DNA from: the human T2T-CHM13v2.0 reference genome, Homo sapiens
Reading direction: 5' to 3' (one strand)
DNA length: 64,000 nt
Assembly: GCF_009914755.1 (NCBI RefSeq)
Contig: NC_060925.1
Below, in pieces: positions 1-12,735 of the stretch; within the stretch, counting starts at the first letter, position 1, and each line of letters starts with the position of its first letter. The notes under the pieces were generated by a model, which was not told the origin of the DNA, ran no database searches, and was given only the letters and a program-made list of their open reading frames with translations. A program made the position numbers and the translations under genes.

Positions 1-1199
1 TGGGAAGCTGCATCCATTTATGTGGCTTTAACCACCATCTATTCACTAATGACCTGCAAATCTACCTTTTCAATCCAGGCATTCCTCCTGACCTCAAGAC
101 CTCTATGGGAATGTCCCTGGAATGACCCTTGGTCATGTCATTGGAATGTCCATGGGTTTGGCATGTCTAACCTTCAGTCTATCTCCTAACCCCTAACTTG
201 GAGAATGTGCTCTGGGTCTATAATCTCTCAAGTACAAAACCAGGTATCATCATCTTAGTTGGTCATGCAAGCATTTCTTCACTGAATGTCCTTCTAAGAA
301 GGGCAATGTTAAGCATATTGGTATTCCAATAGGTAATTTTGCTGTCATTTGGATAAAAATAGGAAATAAATTATTTTCTTATTTATACATATAATATCTC
401 TAGAAACACACGTTAAATACTAGAAATATCGATTGTCCCCAAGAAGGAAGACTTTTTTGCTGTATATGCTCTTTTGAATATTGTGCCATGTGAATTTATT
501 CAGTTTTTTAAATTAAGTTATAAAAATAATTAAATAAAAGTTTAGAAATACAACACAACCCCACTTAAACTAGGCAATATCTCCCTCTGTCTTCTAGATA
601 AAATTCCTTTAGTTTAGCAAATGAGACTCTTCGTAATTTGATCCTTGGCAGCCTCATCTCTCACTTCTTCTCTCCCAGGAATCTCTCTTTAGTCATACCA
701 GATTATCTGTGGTTCCACAATCACACTGTGCCTTCACTCATGCTATTTCTTCTATCTCAAACACTGTCACACTGGTTGTCTGCCTGGAAAACTCCTACCC
801 ATCCTCAAATACATTTCTCAATATCCCAGTGGGAAGATGAGTCACAACATCTTTATTATTAAAAAATTATCACTGTATAAAGTATGCAAGTAGTTTATCT
901 TTTAAAATAAATATTAGTGTGGATTTGACCTTATCTCCAGAATAGTGTCACTCTCTGACTTGAATTCTAATTGGCTTTCTTGACTGTAGAGAAACGAGTA
1001 CGAATATGGCAGTATCTTAGAAACTGTGAATCAGATATCAATCATAGGAATATAACTCTCCATGTGTGTCTTTATGGATGAAAAATTGAGAACTGCTGTT
1101 CTAAGACTCAACACTAACAACTGCCTCTCTGTGAAGCCCCCTGATCCCCATAGGCGGAGCTGGACATGCCCTCCTCTAGGCTCCCATGAATGGTCCTTC

Positions 1200-1600
1200 A
1201 CTCATTCTTTCAACAAATACTTCCTGCACACCTAATACAAGCCACACATAATTTTAAGCACTAATAAACCGGTGACAAACAAGACCAAAATCCTTGACCT
1301 TTTGGAACTTTCATTTGACTGTGGGGGGAGACAGAGAATAAACAGCATAAATAAGAAAAGTAATGCTTTGTTATATGGCAATAAGATGAAAAATTTGGCA
1401 AGAAATGAAAATATAGGGTGCCAAAAAGAGGGATGATGGTCATTGTTAAATAGGGTTGTGAAGGAAAACTCTTCACTGAGATGTTAGCATTTCAGGCCCA
1501 ACAGAGGGGAGAGTGGAAGCCACAAAAGAATCCAAGTGAAGCATGTTCCAGACAGAAGGATCAGCAAGTGCAAGATGTCCTGAGGCAGGATTGGCATTTG
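1200..1600 (-). mobile_element. L2 LINE 3' fragment (ancient, degraded)
   Basis: Starts CATTCTTTCAACAAATAC, resembling the reverse complement of the L2 3' tail, followed by L2-like sequence. Boundaries approximate. Confidence 0.55.
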
Positions 1601-1664
1601 TCACACTGTCTTTATATTAGGCTGACAGGCTTTTGAGGTCAGGAAGCACATCTTTGGTGAGAAT

Positions 1665-1900
1665 AATCAATATTTATTGAGTGGTTTCTGACTGCCCGGC
1701 ACAGAAGGCATTTTACATGCATTAACTCACTTAATCATCATGACCTTTTGAGGTAAGGATATTAATATACCCAACTTACGGTTGAAGAAACAGATACACA
1801 GTATCATTTGTCCAATACAGCATAGGTAGAAAGTAGCACAGCTAGAATTTGAACCCAGATCAACTGACTCCCAAGTATATGTTCTTAACCATTTGCCCTA
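1665..1900 (-). mobile_element. MIR SINE
   Basis: ATTTATTGAG...CATTAACTCACTTAATC...GAAGAAACAGA...AGAATTTGAACCCAGATC...GACTCCCAAG matches the reverse-complement MIR core. Confidence 0.7.
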
Positions 1901-4900
1901 TAGAGTCTACCTTTAAATTCTCATCTTCAGAATTCTACCTCACTGTGGATGCCCAATAAATGTTTGTTGAATGGAAACTCAAACTGTGACTTACAAGAAG
2001 TTTTGACAATGGAAAATCTAGTGGTCTGTTACAAGGATTTACTATGTTATTAACAGAGATAGTCTTGTTTGTTGTCTTTATAAAACAGAGATGACTTCAA
2101 GAATAAATATTCCATGATGATCCCACTACTCTGAGAACTACAGAGCCATTGCAACTGTATAATGGAATAAATTGGCTTATCAGATTTTATTGGAAGTTAT
2201 TCAATGAAGCTGAAATACAATTTTCTTCCCTTCCATTGCTTCAACATTTTACTTTAGGCTGGTTTAATTCAATTCGGCAATCATTTCCTGAAAACCTAGG
2301 ACAGGAAGACACAGCCAAGAGCTACCAGTGATACAAAAGCCAGGAAGACACATGCCCTTATGTTGCCTACAATCAGCCACAGAGAAAACACAGCCTGTAA
2401 GCTGCAATGCAGCAGCAAGCACAAGTTAGCTGCCATCATAAAGACTGAATTAGCACAAGACCTGTGGGTGTGCATCAAGAAGATTTTCTTCTAGTTTATT
2501 TAACAGGTCTGTTGACTACATTCAGGGGAAGGATGTGGTTACTGAGTGTAAAGAGAGCTTTGAACTAAAAATGGGATAGCTTGCAACCTTCCATTTGTTT
2601 AATCCAATAATGTACCCAAAAGGCACATCTGCAGTCTCCATAGAAAACAATCATTGAAGGAAATTTACAAATGTTGCTTAAAACCATCCACTTCCTTTCT
2701 GTTTATAATTCAAACCATGAAATAAACTGCGTATTCAGTTGTGATAATTTATGGCTTTTTCCTTCTAGAGGCCTGAAAACTGAAATCTTTTTCATTGGCC
2801 AAATAAAATCCAAAGGACACAGAAAAGAGAATCTGGTTTTATCAAACCATATCTCCATCTTCTCAGAATACAAATTTCAGGTTTTCTTCTCCCAAGGAAA
2901 TGAAATTAATCCAAGTAGCCTAGAATCTATTTCTCTCATATTGAAGGAAGCAATACAATCCTGTTGTATCCTGACATTGATGCAGTTAGCCACGCCCTTA
3001 ATTTGCTTTAGGCTAATTTGATTTAAATTCTCCAAGATGACAGTATGTCAGGGTCTGGTGGGGGTGAAAACCCCAGTGACTTTCATGGGGGTTGCATCTA
3101 TAGGCATGTTTGGCACTGGGCCTGAGTATAGTACTGGTCCACTTATCAGTCCCCTGGGCAGAGCTCTGGATACAGAACAGCACCAACATTAGGAAAGCAT
3201 CGCCTTGACTAGGAAGATTTGAGGAAGTAAGGAAGCGGCTGGGTCTCCTAACCACATGTGCTAACACTATCTACTTAATGCAAAGGGAAAACACAGGTAA
3301 TTCCCTATGCAATCGAATTTGGCCTTTAAAAAGCACACATTCCCTCCACAAACATAATCCACTTCAGTGGCATCCTTGCCCAACACCAAGCTTCAAGTAA
3401 GAAGGTAGAAGCCTCCAAACATGTAGCCTCCTGACAAGCACCAAGAATTTGTGGTCTGATTGCCCTAGGCCTCCACTAGCAGGTTGGGGGCAAGGAGGCA
3501 AGGTTTTAAAAAGCTGGTTTAGATGTGCAAAAGGTTCCCTGGAGTTTGGGGAGCCTGGTATGCTAAAGTACAGGCCAGTAGCCCAAACACCTGGGTTGTA
3601 TCTGTGAGAACTGGGCAGGGTGCTAAGGATTCCCAATACTCAGGGACTACCTCACATGTTGGGCAAACCAAAGCTCTGCGAGGCAGAGCACCCTCAGAAA
3701 AAGAGCTTGGCAAGTCACTGGGCATACTTCTGAGGAGGCAAAGGAAGTCAAAGCTGGTTCCCAAAAGAGGTGCCATGAGGGTGGACTTGGCCCCATGATG
3801 TCTCTCAGTGTGACTGAAAAAGGGACAGGGAGAAACAGAGGACTCATAGGGAAACAGTGCAATCCTAACTCAGGGATGTTCTAGGTTTAAGGTAATAAGG
3901 GCCCCCTTCCAGCTAGAAGGAGGATCAGTATTTTGCCTTTATACTGTTTATGGTTTTGACTCTGTCCTATCTTCACAAATAGATTTAAAGCCCTTGAGAG
4001 CCATTTGTCTTTGCAGCTCAACAGAGAATGGTGATGAGACTACTAATCATTCTAGACTCTTCCATTCCATGAAGCAACTGAGAGACACAGAGCTCCACTC
4101 TACTGCCATTAGGCCTTCTGAGGATAAATCTCTATAGAGATTTGTAAAGAAAATTATGGCTTCTTTAAAAGGCTTCCAGTAAATATATAGTTCCAAAGTT
4201 TCTGGAAGCAGGCAGAAGTAAGTAAACATACTTAATCATTCTGTGTGGATTAAAATAATCAATAACCAAAACTTTTGAGAATAAGAGAAGCCATAGACAA
4301 AATAAACTGCTTTCTTGTTAGGAAAACAACAACAAAAGGCCACCAAGAGGAGTCTCATGGATGGACCATATCACATGTAGGATTCAATCCAAGTTCAGGG
4401 CACAGGCTAAGACCAGGCCCCCTGTGACCCCAGTAGGTCACCCAACCTCTCCGAGCTTCACATCTTCACCTATAAAGTAGGAAAAATGCATGTAATACAG
4501 GGCTAATGCCCATAAAAGTATTAGTGGTTGTTTTACAAGGGTGCCACCTTGCTGTCTTCCAGCTGTAAAAAATCAAGCTAAAAAAGAAAAGAAAGTCACA
4601 AAGCGGAGAAACTATTTCTCCACAGTAAAGAGAAGAATCTGAATTATCAAAAGAAGTTACCACTAGATGAGAGTTAATAAATAAGGAGAATAATGCCCCT
4701 TCTCTGAAAATTTGCAAACAAGCAGTCATATATACTGGACCTAAACAGCTGTGTAACTTCAGGAAAATGGGCAGGGATCCTAGACTTTTGCTTCAGGACA
4801 CTCAGAGACCCATAGGGGAGCAAAGGTCGGTTTCACCTGATAAGGTTATTAAAAAAAAAAAAGGATATCTGAAATAATGAAAACTCATAGGATACAATTT

Positions 4901-5263
4901 ATACCTAGGTATTGGTCTTTCTAAACTTGCTTTAAAAGATCTAGCACTTCTTTGACTATAATTATCAGAAATTACCAAGAAAACAAACATGCCATTCAGA
5001 AGTTTATTTTTGTGGAAAAGTTGTATATAGACTTTGACCTGTCATCCCAATCCTGCTAAGTAATAGCAAATAAAAATAATTTTAAAGAACTTGCAATGTG
5101 CCAAGCAGTCCTAACTCTTAGTCTTACAGTCATTCATTCAATTCTCACAACTATCCTATGGAAAAAAATGCTGCAATTTTCCCCATTTTATGTGAATGTA
5201 GTAATGAACTGTTGGACAAGCCGCCATGAGGATGAGTTCTGTTGATTACAATCAGACTTTTGA

Positions 5264-5731
<468 letters not shown>

Positions 5732-6816
5732 TCTCTCCTTCTTTTTAAGCAGTGAGCAGGTTGCATATAAGCACCAAGTGGCAGAATGAAAAATAAACAA
5801 AAGCAGTGGTAGAATAAAAAGATGCTCCTTGCATCCCCAAAAGACTAGTGTCAGAATAGATTAGATTTGGTCCCTGCTATATTCACAAAGACTGAGGACT
5901 CTGGGCTCTTACAAGGTAACCTGAAGACAGGCAGGATGGTGTCCTGGGACTACCCAGGGCAGTACCTGTGTACATTCCATGGGGACTCAGTAGATACTGG
6001 TTTCCCACATATACTGGGCCCAGGGACTGGAAGCTGGCTTGGCTTCAGTTCTTTAAGTACTGTGTATTATCCAAATCACTTTGGCTCAGAAATAAAACAA
6101 AGTAGGCACTAAAAGACTCCCAAGACTCTAAGTCCAGCCCCAGAGGAGGCCACTAATGCCCAAAGAGGTAAAGAAACTAACTCCAAAGTCACTGGCCTAG
6201 CTCGGGTCACTCTGCAGTTCCCCCAACTCTTACCTGGATCATAGAACTATTATGAGTCTACAGCATATCAATTCATAAGGGTGTTTTTTAGAAACTTAAA
6301 ATCAAACCATCTAAAAATGAGTACTGGTGGCAGTAGTGGCATTAGTTAGAAATGGCTTTTAAAGTCATAATGCATTTATGAACAGTAATTTAAATCCCTT
6401 TCCTGGTGATACTAGGACACAATCCCATGTTTGTACACAACACAGCCCTCCACTGCAAAGGCCCTCCAGGCAAGCAAACAGAGCCACAGCTCCCCAGGCC
6501 AGAAAGCAGATGGCCAAAGGAAGCTGCCAAGGGGTGGGACCACTTAACTGCCATATCTAAATGGAGAGCTCAAGACATAAGCCTCGCCTCAGGGGTTCTG
6601 GGACCACAGAACTTTGGATCAGGAGGGGACCCCAGGGGTCACTGAGCCACACCCCTTCTCTTACAGATAAGGAACCAGAAGTGCAGGGAAGGGTGCCTCA
6701 TTTCAGGCACAGAGCAGCAAATGACAAAGCTGAGACACAAACCCTGGTTTCCTGACTCCTCACATAATATACATTATTCCTTGTGGCCAAATCTAGAAAA
6801 GAAACAGGCTACTGTA

Positions 6817-7325
6817 TTTTTTTATTGCAGTAAAAAATATATAATATAAAATGTATCATTTCAACCCTCGTTAAGTGTACAGTTCAGTGGCATTAAGTAC
6901 ATTCACAAGGTTGTACAACCATCACCACTATTCATCTCCAGAAATTTTTCACGTTTCCAAACTGAAACTCTGCACCCATTAAACACTAATTTCACATCCT
7001 CCCTTTTGCCAGCTCCTGATAACCTCCAATCTACTTTCTGTCTCTATGATTTTACCTATTCTAGAAACCTATATAAGTGGAATCATGCAATGTTTGTCCT
7101 TTTGTGTCTGGCTTCTTTCATTTAGCACAGTGTTTTCAGGCTCATCCAGGTTATAGCATGTGTCAGAATTTCATTACTTTTTATGAATAAATAATATCCT
7201 ATTGTGTGTTTAACACATTTTGCTTGCCCGTTCATCTATTAATGGGCACTTGGGTTGTGTCTACCTTTTGGCTACGATGAATAATGCTGCTATAAGCATT
7301 GGTGCACAAATATCTATTTGAGGTC
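6817..7325 (-). mobile_element. L1MB-type 3' UTR fragment
   Basis: AAGTGTACAGTTCAGTGGCATTAAGTACATTCACA...ACAACCATCACCACT...GGAATCATGCAATGTTTGTCCTTTTGTGTCTGGCTT is typical reverse-complement L1MB 3' end. Confidence 0.85.
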
Positions 7326-7359
7326 TCAGGATGCAGTACTTAACTTTTTTTTGCTGTTT

Positions 7360-7575
7360 TAAACTAACTCTTACACAATGTATACTATGTGCCAGGCACT
7401 GTATGTTATAAACATGACCTCATTTAATTCTCATGATTCCTGTAAGTTAGGAACTACACGTATCTCCATTTTACAAAGAAGGAAACTGAGGCACTGAAAG
7501 ATTAAGTAACTTTCCCAAGATTATAAAGTGACTAAGTGGCAAAGCCAAATTCAAACCCAAGCCACCTGGTTCAGG
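7360..7575 (-). mobile_element. MIR SINE
   Basis: TACTATGTGCCAGGCACTG...CCATTTTACAAAGAAGGAAACTGAGGCACTGAAAGATTAAGTAACTTTCCCAAG is the MIR core. Confidence 0.85.
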
Positions 7576-7619
7576 ATGTGTAGGAGGCCAGAGCAGAGGA
7601 GGAACAGTTACAATAAATG

Positions 7620-8145
7620 GGCCTTCCAAGGGCTTCCCCTCAGGATGAAGGCCAAAGTCTTCACAGTGGTCCCCAAGGTCCATAAATTCTGTAATGCTCT
7701 CTCTCCTGATTCAGGATGTCTCCAACTTTGTTTCTTACCACTGTCCCCTCAACTCAGTCACTCCCACGTAGTCACAGAGAACTTCTGTTGTTCCTCAGAC
7801 ACATTGAGTACCCTTCCACCGCAGGGCCTTTGCGCTTGTTTATCCTCTGCCAGAACATTGGCACCCAATTGTCCTCACTCATCTCATTGGAGTTGTTGCT
7901 CAAATGTTAACTTCTCCAAAAAGGACTTCCCTCACACGCTTAAAATCGCAACTCCCAGACCCCCTTCCCTGTTTCATTTTTCTCCAGAGCATCTATCACC
8001 ATTTAGTATACTAGAGGCTTTACATTTATTGTTGATGCCTCACACACTAGAATGTACACACTGTCTTGGCAGGAACTACTGTGTCCTCAGCACCCAGAAC
8101 ACTGCCAGTATAGCAGGCTGTCAATAAAAATTAGCTGGATGAATT
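7620..8145 (+). mobile_element. L2 LINE 3' fragment
   Basis: CAGGGCCTTTGCGCTTG...CTCAAATGTTAACTTCTC...CAATAAAAATTAGCTGGATGAAT resembles the L2 3' end. Confidence 0.65.
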
Positions 8146-9367
8146 AATACATAGCATCCATGTAGCACTTCACAGCTTACAAAACTTTTACATGAATATT
8201 ATCCCACTTGGTCTTCATAAAATAACTGCAAACATCTCAGAGGAATCGCATCATGAAGGTGAGACTTTATAGCTCCTGCTCATCTGGAGAATATTCCTAG
8301 GGGTCTGAGGCATGGCTTGTACTTTCTGTGGGAACTTAGGGAGCACTGGGCCAGAAAACAGCCCCAGGATACCCAGTCAATGTCCTGGAAGCCTGGGAGC
8401 ATGTGTACCCATGCTGCCTTAGGGAGGCAAGATGCCCTGCCCCTCCTTGGTGAAAGCCTGGAGGCAAAAACCACATTTCAGAATCAGAAATCCTTTCCCA
8501 TTTGCTTTACTCTGCAACAAAAACTAGGGCGCTTATTTGTAAGGCAGTCACTGAGATACTCCTCGTTCTAGAAACTCCTGTATTACCCATCCCACTTTTG
8601 ATGCAGAAATGTACTGCACAGCCTTCTCTGAGGCATCAACAACAGCCCTAGAGACACATCTCACAATAAACAAGGGAAAAACATGGCCCAAATTTGTGTT
8701 TTATTCTACACCTGCACTATTCTCAGCACCTCACTGCCACCCATAAGGCCCTTGTGGCCTGGCCCCTGCCTGCTCCTCCTGCCTTCTCTCCCGCCGTGTT
8801 CTCACACACCCGCACTCCAGTCACGCTGAACAACTTGAATTCCTCAGATCTGCTGTGGTCTGTCTTACCACCTGTCCTTCACGTAGGCGGGTTTCCATGC
8901 CCAAATGATGTCTCTTCTCACTGTCTTCCCCTTTCTGCTTTTCACCTAGCCAAGTCCCTACTTATCCTTCATTTTAGAACTCTTCCTTGACATCTCAGCC
9001 AGAGCGGCCCCACTCCCAAGCATCCAGCACACATTCCTGTTGTAAACTCCCCACAGTGCAATATCACCGCCAACTTACCTGTCCCCTCACCATCTTATAT
9101 GTAACTATTAGACTGCTGAGGGCAGGCACCCTGTTAATTTCAAGACCAAAGCCCTAGAACCTACTGTTCTTGTGCCTGGTGCTAACAGGCACCATACAAA
9201 TAATTGCTGAATGACTTTGGAAATTAGATCGACCTCTAAAGAGACAGCTTTTGAACAAGGGTGAGACCACCTGCCCTAGAGTTATCTTCTTCCTTACAGA
9301 TCAATCCCTACCCCATTCATACCACTGGGTCTCTCGGCTGAAAAGCAAATGTTAAAGCTCAATTCTT

Positions 9368-9683
<316 letters not shown>

Positions 9684-10004
9684 CTAAAATAAATAAATAA
9701 CTTACATCAATCAGTCATATATATGATGTTCACTGAGATACACCACTGGTAAGCAAGAAGAACTGGGAACAGCCTACATAACCAACAATAGAAGAATTGT
9801 TAATTAAAAATAAATTAGCTTGGGCAAAAATTATAAGTTATCAGAAAAGTAAAATGAATAAGAGATTTGGGATCAGAAATCCTGGCTTTACTTGTTTGTT
9901 ATCTGTGTGATCTTGAGCATATCACTTAATCACTATGAAAGTTCCATGGAATGAGAACACTCCATCTTATCACATGAGTTTTTGTCATAATAAATCGAGA
10001 TAAT

Positions 10005-10298
10005 TGCCCTCCATGGTGGCTGATGCCTGTAACCCCAGCACTTTGGGGTAGGGGTTGGGGGCAGATTGCTTGAGCTCAGGAGTTTGAGACCAGCCTGGGC
10101 CACATAGTGAGACCCCATCCCTATTAAAAAAAAAAAAAAAGGAAAAAATTAGCCCGAGTGTGGTGGTACATGCCTGTGGTCCCAGCTACTCAGGAGGCTG
10201 AGACGGGAGGATCACTGAAGCCCAGGAGTTCAAGGCTGCAGTGAGCTGTGATACTCTAGCAACAGAGTAAGACCCTGTCTCTTTAAAAAAAAAAAAAA
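10005..10298 (+). mobile_element. AluJ-like
   Basis: AluJ-type GATTGCTTGAGCTCAGGAGTTTGAGACCAGCCTGGG and GGAGGATCAC...CCCAGGAGTTCAAGGCTGCAGTGAG, poly(A). Short TSD AGATAAT on both sides. Confidence 0.92.
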
Positions 10299-10502
10299 AG
10301 ATAATGGATACAAAGTATTTTTTACATTATAAAGCAGTACAGAAATACATGCTCATTAAAATTAGTTATGATGACTACTATAGAAGAATGTTTGACAAAG
10401 AAAAGCTGTAGACAAAAATGAATATGGCTATGTAAATTATGTGCACATTTTAGATAAAGACAGGAAGGAAATAAGCAGAAATGAAAAATCATTGAGTTAA
10501 GG

Positions 10503-11150
10503 CAGGGGTCAACAAACATTTTCTGTAGAGGGCCAGACATCAGGCTTTGCTGGCCATACAGTCTCTGTCACAACTACTCAATGCTGCCATTATAGTCCAA
10601 AAGCAGCCATAGAAAATATCTAGATGGAGGTGGGGCACAGTGGCTCACACCTGTAATCCCAGCACTTTGGGAGGCTGAGGCGGGCGGATCACAAGGTCAG
10701 GAGATCGAGACCATCCTGGCTAACACACTGAAACCCTGTCTCTACTAAAAATACAAAAAAAAATTTAGCCAGGCATGGTGGTGGGCACCTGTAGTCCCAG
10801 CTACTCGGGAGGCTAAGGCAGGAGAATGGCGTGAACCCAGGAGGCATGCAGTGAGCCGAGATCACGCCACTGCCCTCCAGCCTGGGCCACAGAGCAAGAC
10901 TCCATCTCAAAAAAAAGGAAAAAAAAAAAAAGAAAAAAATATCCAGATGAAGAAACATGCCCGGGTTATAACAAAACTTTATTTATGGATGCTAAAATTT
11001 GAATTTCATATCATTTTCTCATGTCACAAAATATTATCCCTCTCTTTTGACTTTCATCAACTATTCAAAAAAGTAAAAACCATTCTTAGCTCATGGGGTG
11101 TCCAAAAACAAATGGTGGGTTAGATTTGCCCTGTAGTTTGCTGACTCCTG
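10503..11150 (+). mobile_element. MER58B-like hAT-Charlie DNA transposon fossil, interrupted by an Alu
   Basis: Terminal inverted repeats CAGGGGTC...GACTCCTG. Internal GGCCATACAGTCTCTGTCACAACTACTCAA and AAACTTTATTTATGGA match MER58. Confidence 0.85.
10629..10938 (+). mobile_element. AluY-like inserted in MER58
   Basis: Complete Alu dimer with poly(A), flanked by degenerate TSD AAAATATC(T/C)AGATG(G/A)A. Confidence 0.95.
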
Positions 11151-12299
11151 GGATAGAGTGATATGTAATGAACAATTTTTTTATTATAATTTTCTTTAAT
11201 GCTGTTATAGCCTTTTATACTTAAAGGGAAAAAAGATACCATGAACTCCCCAAGGACTGCCAGAGTAATTCAAAACCGACCAACCTCAGATTCAAACATG
11301 AGTCAGCTAGCCCTTCTGTCCTCTGCAAACACATGTCCCATATACCAAGGTGTCACAACCCTTCTCTCCTTGAGGAGCCCAGTACACATCTTGCTTATTC
11401 CTCAGCTTTGGCATTTCAAGTTCCTTTCCGATGTCTTTAACCCTGTCAGCCCAAATCTTACCACTTGCCTCAAGAACAAACCCTAAGCTCACCTACTCCA
11501 AGAAGTCTTCCTGCATCCAAAGAGATTACCCCTTTGCTTTATTAAGCAAAGTGAACATAGTTGTTGTTGTTTTAACACAGTCCTCAATTGTTACGTCCCA
11601 GTCTGTTTTCTCTCCCAACATGACAGTAACATCAAGGGCAGCACCCATGACCTCTGCTACTTTTCCACCTCCCACAGGTCCTGGCTCCTCTTAGAGGGGA
11701 ACACGCAAAACAGCACTTCATAAATGCAATGAATCGGTTGCACCAGCCAATGCCCAGGTTTCTGCTGTTGATTTTAGTGATATGATCAGTGTTCTCTGCT
11801 GATCTGCCACAATTAGCTATATCGCCCATTATAATTGTTCATCTGGTCATTATTTTGGCACATTCCAAGCTGGTGCAAAGTAATTATATTCTAAACACGG
11901 AGCCGCTCACTCCAATTCCAGGCCTTGGCAACAACATTATGAGATAACATTATACGAAGATGCTATGAATCAATCAGCTAGGTATAAGGAGGATATTTAA
12001 AAGAAAGAATGGAAAAACGGCAAATCAACCATGTGAAACCTGCTTTAATCAAACAGAGTATACTTCTAAAACTAGAAGCCAGTGAGGAAAAGATTGCCAA
12101 GCCACACAGACACAAAGAGAACAAGAACAAAAACAGATGTATAAATAAGTCAGTTTCTCTCCCACCTTCATTCTTCTCTGAACACCAGGTAACAGCCTCT
12201 TCTTGGTCTCCCTCCAGAGTGCCACCTAGTGCCCAGGCAGGGGAGGGCAAGTGGGAAGCTGACAGCTGCTGTCACTTCACTTCTCAGTTTAGATTTCTT

Positions 12300-12735
12300 T
12301 TTTTTTTTTTTAATTATACTTTAAGTTTTAGGGTACATGTGCACATTGTGCAGGTTAGTTACATATGTATACATGTGCCATGCTGGTGCACTGCACCCAC
12401 TAACTCGTCATCTAGCATTAGGTATATCTCCCAATGCTATCCCTCCCCCCTCCCCCCACCCCACAACAGTCCCCAGAGTGGATATTCCCCTTCCTGTGTC
12501 CAAGTGATCTCATTGTTCAATTCCCACCTATGAGTGAGAATATGCAGTGTTTGGTTTTTTGTTCTTGCGATAGTTTACTGAGAATGATGTTTTCCAATTT
12601 CATCCATGTCCCTACAAAGGACATGAACTCATCATTTTTTATGGCTGCATAGTATTCCATGGTGTATATGTGCCACATTTTCTTAATCCAGTCTATCATT
12701 GTTGGACATTTGGGTTGGTTCCAAGTCTTTGCTAT
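12300..12735 (-). mobile_element. 5'-truncated young L1 (L1PA2/3-like), about 440 bp
   Basis: Poly(T) plus L1HS/PA2-type 3'UTR with CACTAACTCGTCATC (GAG state, not Ta ACA). Perfect 16-bp TSD TCAGTTTAGATTTCTT at 12284-12299 and 12735-12750. Confidence 0.95.

Noticed and set aside
4533-4600. Minus-strand acceptor followed by LEDSKVAPL* as a terminal exon
   Set aside because: It has a good pyrimidine tract and AG, but only 9 codons, no recognisable protein and no supporting upstream exon.
6229-6262. Possible 24-nt minus-strand microexon ending CAG|GTAAG
   Set aside because: The donor is strong but the acceptor lacks a pyrimidine tract; this is expected by chance in 64 kb.
7528-8127. 199-aa ORF
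   Set aside because: It lies over MIR/L2 remnants, starts at a non-ATG codon and has no recognisable domain.
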